Of a stretch of 64,000 nt of DNA, positions 60,668 to 64,000 are shown in pieces. The translations under genes were made by a program, and so were the position numbers. Location: the sequence record MW735835.1. One strand, 5' to 3'. The notes beneath the pieces were generated by a model. The model had not been told where the DNA came from. It saw nothing but the letters and a program-made list of their open reading frames with translations, and made no database searches. Within the stretch, counting starts at the first letter, position 1. Every line of letters begins with the position of its first letter.

Positions 60668-61858
60668 TTAAGCGATGATCTGGACGGGCGCCGGATCGTT
60701 CGGGTTCTCGATCGGCTGGATGTCGGTCTTGTCGAAATTGCCTTTGATGACGCTTTCGTACTCAGCCCGGTCTATCCACCATTCCAGCTCGTTGTTGTTC
60801 ATCATGTTGATCCACGGGAAGCCCTTGTAGTTGAACAGCTTGCGCTCTTCAGGGCTGATCTTGACCATGGACTTCTCACGGGTGCCGTCACCCATGCTGG
60901 CATTGAACGTCACCACCAGCTTGTTGAACTCCCACAGTGCCAACGGGTCGTTGTACTCGGCGACCGTGCACTCGAAGGTGGCTTGGATCGACTTGTTCGA
61001 CTCGTTGTAGGGGTTTTCACGGCTGTAGTTGAACGCAGTACCCATCGACAGGCCAGTGGGGAAACCCGCACCGCAGATGGCCCATTTCTGGATGAAGCGA
61101 CCCGACCAATCCATCACGAACCGGTAGACCCGGGTCATGTAGTCGATCTCATTTTGGACGATGCTGTAACCTGCGGGCTGGATCTTGGTGCCCATGTAGA
61201 CACCACCGATGTACAAAATCCACGCAAACAGCGTCAATGATATAGGATCGCCTAGGGTGTTTTCAAAGGTGCAGTCCAGGGAAAAACGACCATTGATCTC
61301 TGCGATCGAGTCGTTCATCATCCACACTTCTTTCGCCATGCCTTCTGCCGAACTGTACGCGTGAAGCGTCAGGTCGGGCCATCCGGACATATTCGTCAGG
61401 GTGTTACTGAGCAACGGCATAAAAGCTTGGCGGTTGTCGAAGATGGTGTTGTCACCTTTAATATCCGATTGGATACTGTCAGGCCAGAGCATCCGACGAA
61501 TGATTCGGCTGTACGACGACGGTTCTTCACTGGCCAAAACCGACAATTGTCGGAGCGCCATCACGTTATCGTATGACAGGTTCAAATTTGGGCGTGTGAA
61601 AAACGTCAGGCCCTGCATGTCGGTATTCGCAGGTACTGCCGAACCTTGTTGTGTCCGGTTGAAACCACCGAGCAGATCATGGAAACGAGCCCCAATAGCA
61701 CCCGTGCCCTGCTCTCGGGTCAGTCGGCGCATCAAGGCATCATCACTGTCAAACCCCCCGTACTTGGCAATGGTGTCCATCACCTGCGCCATGGCACTCA
61801 GGGGATTAGGGTTCGCCCTGGAAACCCGCTGAACTTTGTAATCATTCATTTCTACCAC
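60668..61858 (-). CDS. Virion structural protein, tail/baseplate (gp88-like)
   Basis: 396 aa; GLTFFTRPNLNL, IDYMTRVYRFVMD; synteny. Confidence 0.7.
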   Translation of the reverse strand: MVEMNDYKVQRVSRANPNPLSAMAQVMDTIAKYGGFDSDDALMRRLTREQGTGAIGARFHDLLGGFNRTQQGSAVPANTDMQGLTFFTRPNLNLSYDNVMALRQLSVLASEEPSSYSRIIRRMLWPDSIQSDIKGDNTIFDNRQAFMPLLSNTLTNMSGWPDLTLHAYSSAEGMAKEVWMMNDSIAEINGRFSLDCTFENTLGDPISLTLFAWILYIGGVYMGTKIQPAGYSIVQNEIDYMTRVYRFVMDWSGRFIQKWAICGAGFPTGLSMGTAFNYSRENPYNESNKSIQATFECTVAEYNDPLALWEFNKLVVTFNASMGDGTREKSMVKISPEERKLFNYKGFPWINMMNNNELEWWIDRAEYESVIKGNFDKTDIQPIENPNDPAPVQIIA

Positions 61859-61874
61859 GCCTTAATGAAGGGAA

Positions 61875-63329
61875 ATGTTCATGAAGAATAATGTCTCGCA
61901 AGAGAGTATCGGCGTCCTCGCCGGGATGGCGATCTCTACCGGGGCTGGCCTGTTGGTCAAATACACCCCGCAGATCGTTGCTGCTCTTTCGTCGAAGATC
62001 GGTCAACAAGCGGCAGGCGCGGTCATCGACCAAGCTAAGCAGACCATCGCCGATAGCATCAAGAACGGCAAGGAAACCGATTTGGTTCGCTTCACACAAT
62101 CTGCGCGTGTGGAGCCCATCCTGCTGATGGACAAGCGTGCGGTCCAGATCCCGTTCATTCAGGACGTGGTCCACACCGTGTTCAACATGTTCACCGGCTA
62201 CTGGTTGCTGGCCGTTTCCCTCGACACCAAGATCAACGGCGTCTCCGTTGGTAAGCGTCTCGACAAGTTCGCCACCGACCGCGACCTGAACGATGCCACC
62301 CTGACCATGCTCAGTGACGACTTCGGCATTCGTCCGTCCACCGAGTCCCTGGCCTTCGGCCTGCCGTTCATCGACGACATCATTGCTGAACAGGACGCTA
62401 CTGCTTCCATGGAAGCCGACAGCGACATCAGCGCTGAAGAGCTGGCCGCCCTGATCGGCAAAGCGCTCGACGAGCGTGAGCAGAAGGACGACAGCGAAGC
62501 TCAAAAGACCCTGAACAAGATCACCGACGAGCGTCTGCGTGACAAGCTCAAGCGTGAAATGGACAAGGTCCAGAAAGGTACCGCCAAAGACGCCACCGAG
62601 TTGGCCAAGAAAGCCCTCGATGAGTGGAAGCAGGAAAACGCCAAGAACGGCGGCACTGGCGTGACCAACGCTGCCAAGTACGTCGAGAAGATCACCAACC
62701 TCGCCGTGGGTAACGTCATTGACGTGACCATCAGCGAAGACGGCAAAGAAGCCGTGGTTCCGGTGACCATCCGTATGCGTGTGGCTGGTATGCCTTCTGA
62801 CACCATGGTCCAGACTCTGGCCGTGGGTGGTACTGATGTGACTTTCCGCAGCCGCTGGAGAGCTTGGCGTGCTGGCGAGATCGGTTTCTGGTCTGACTTC
62901 GTACTTCAGATGGACCGTGTCGACGCACACCGCGCCGCCATGATGAAGGACGAGACCGGCTACTACAAGACCGTCTACGCCCGTGCCAACCGCAACTCCA
63001 TGGCGCAGAACCTTGCCGGTGGTCCTTCGCTGGCCACTGCTTCGGCTATCCTCGTGCTGGACGCTACCACTGCGACCAACCTGGAACGCCGTATCGGCGG
63101 CAAGCTGGACAACTTCAAGACCCGCCAGGGCATCTTCGGCCACACCTACTCCATGCTGATGGCAGTGGTGGACCCGGACTGGGAATCGATCACCATCTAC
63201 ACCCGCGGCATCGAGATGCCGACCAAGCTGCGTAAGGACGACATCAAGACTGCCGGCAAGTCCGACAGTAAAGAAGTGATGGAAATCCTGAAGTCCTATC
63301 AGCTGGGTCGCGCTCCGGGCCGTATCTGA
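61875..63329 (+). CDS. Virion/inner-body protein (gp89-like)
   Basis: AAGGGA RBS; RVEPILL motif; S-x-E processing-like sites (SQE, STE, SME). Confidence 0.7.
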   Translation: MFMKNNVSQESIGVLAGMAISTGAGLLVKYTPQIVAALSSKIGQQAAGAVIDQAKQTIADSIKNGKETDLVRFTQSARVEPILLMDKRAVQIPFIQDVVHTVFNMFTGYWLLAVSLDTKINGVSVGKRLDKFATDRDLNDATLTMLSDDFGIRPSTESLAFGLPFIDDIIAEQDATASMEADSDISAEELAALIGKALDEREQKDDSEAQKTLNKITDERLRDKLKREMDKVQKGTAKDATELAKKALDEWKQENAKNGGTGVTNAAKYVEKITNLAVGNVIDVTISEDGKEAVVPVTIRMRVAGMPSDTMVQTLAVGGTDVTFRSRWRAWRAGEIGFWSDFVLQMDRVDAHRAAMMKDETGYYKTVYARANRNSMAQNLAGGPSLATASAILVLDATTATNLERRIGGKLDNFKTRQGIFGHTYSMLMAVVDPDWESITIYTRGIEMPTKLRKDDIKTAGKSDSKEVMEILKSYQLGRAPGRI

Positions 63330-63355
63330 TCACCCCACCCTCAAGGAACCTTGAA

Positions 63356-64000
63356 ATGATCCTCGACTTCCTGCGCCGTCTGGCGGCATCCTTCACCAAG
63401 GATGAGTTGAAAGAAAAGCTTCGTGTGCTGGCGCAAGCCGGCCAGAAGGCCATCGAAACCTACATGAACGCCGAAACCGTGCTGACCTCCTTCAAGTCGA
63501 AGGCCGGTAAGGAGTTCGAGAACGAGATGGGCAAGGCCGTGCGCCTGCCCCCTCGCATGACCCTGGTGGCATACATCCGCCAGGTGCTGACCAACATGTC
63601 GGTGACCCTGGAGCTGCTGGGTGCCATTGCCGAGAAGTCCTACGGCAAAGACATCGTGGTGGAAGGCATCACCTACAAGCGGGCAGAGCTGCTGCGCACC
63701 ATCGGGTACATGGACTTCGTTGTCGCGTATTCGATGCAGCTGCTGCACTACCTGACTGTGGCTGAAGCCTCCGTGGTCTCGAAGGAACATGCTGACGGCC
63801 AAGAGCGTCCGCGCCCTGAGCTTCAGTACCTGAAGATGAACCAGAAAGCCTTCTTCACGCTGCTGCAAACCTTCAGCAAGCCGTCGCGTGAATTGGCAGC
63901 CCTGATCGAGTCCATTCCTGACATCACCGTCGGCGCCGACGATGAGAAGGTGATCGTTCCGCAGGTCGGCTACTCCAAGCTCGACCCGCTGAAGAACAAC
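63356..64000 (+). CDS. Virion protein (gp90-like), truncated by window end
   Basis: AAGGA RBS, ATG 63356, open frame with strong codon bias to position 64000. Confidence 0.75.
   Translation, partial: MILDFLRRLAASFTKDELKEKLRVLAQAGQKAIETYMNAETVLTSFKSKAGKEFENEMGKAVRLPPRMTLVAYIRQVLTNMSVTLELLGAIAEKSYGKDIVVEGITYKRAELLRTIGYMDFVVAYSMQLLHYLTVAEASVVSKEHADGQERPRPELQYLKMNQKAFFTLLQTFSKPSRELAALIESIPDITVGADDEKVIVPQVGYSKLDPLKNN

Noticed and set aside
1-64000. CRISPR array, IS/transposase, integrase, rRNA, group I/II intron ORFs, inteins
   Set aside because: No regularly spaced repeats or diagnostic motifs seen; RNAP, polymerase and helicase ORFs are continuous and of expected size.

Overview
This window is a segment of a phiKZ-like, nucleus-forming jumbo phage genome (Chimalliviridae), with GC-rich, strongly C/G-ending codon usage in the core genes. 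No bacterial housekeeping genes, IS elements or CRISPR arrays were seen. The core block runs in phiKZ-like order: PhuZ tubulin, the polymerase half of a split family-B DNA polymerase, chimallin, four non-virion RNAP subunits (two beta-prime parts, beta, and a sigma-like gp68 equivalent), an SbcD/Mre11-like nuclease, a PicA/Imp1-like importer, an SF2 helicase, a virion RNAP beta-prime part, the exonuclease half of the DNA polymerase, and the start of the head/baseplate structural cluster. The most interesting material is accessory. (i) About 43.3-52.7 kb is an island with a DarG-like macrodomain, a PTP-like phosphatase, two tRNAs, one tRNA-like element and several large, apparently non-coding, highly base-paired segments, including a ~235-nt element with a long-range pseudoknot. 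(ii) A T4 gp26-like chaperone gene carries a T-TTT-TTC slippery site that could fuse it to a start-less downstream ORF by -1 frameshifting. (iii) A 968-aa protein is built from about ten novel Trp-rich repeats. (iv) A repeated TACATTAT-N5-TG promoter motif and hairpin-associated TATG signals recur across the window. All homology calls come from recognised motifs and synteny as recalled; phiKZ gp numbers are from memory and no database searches were run.
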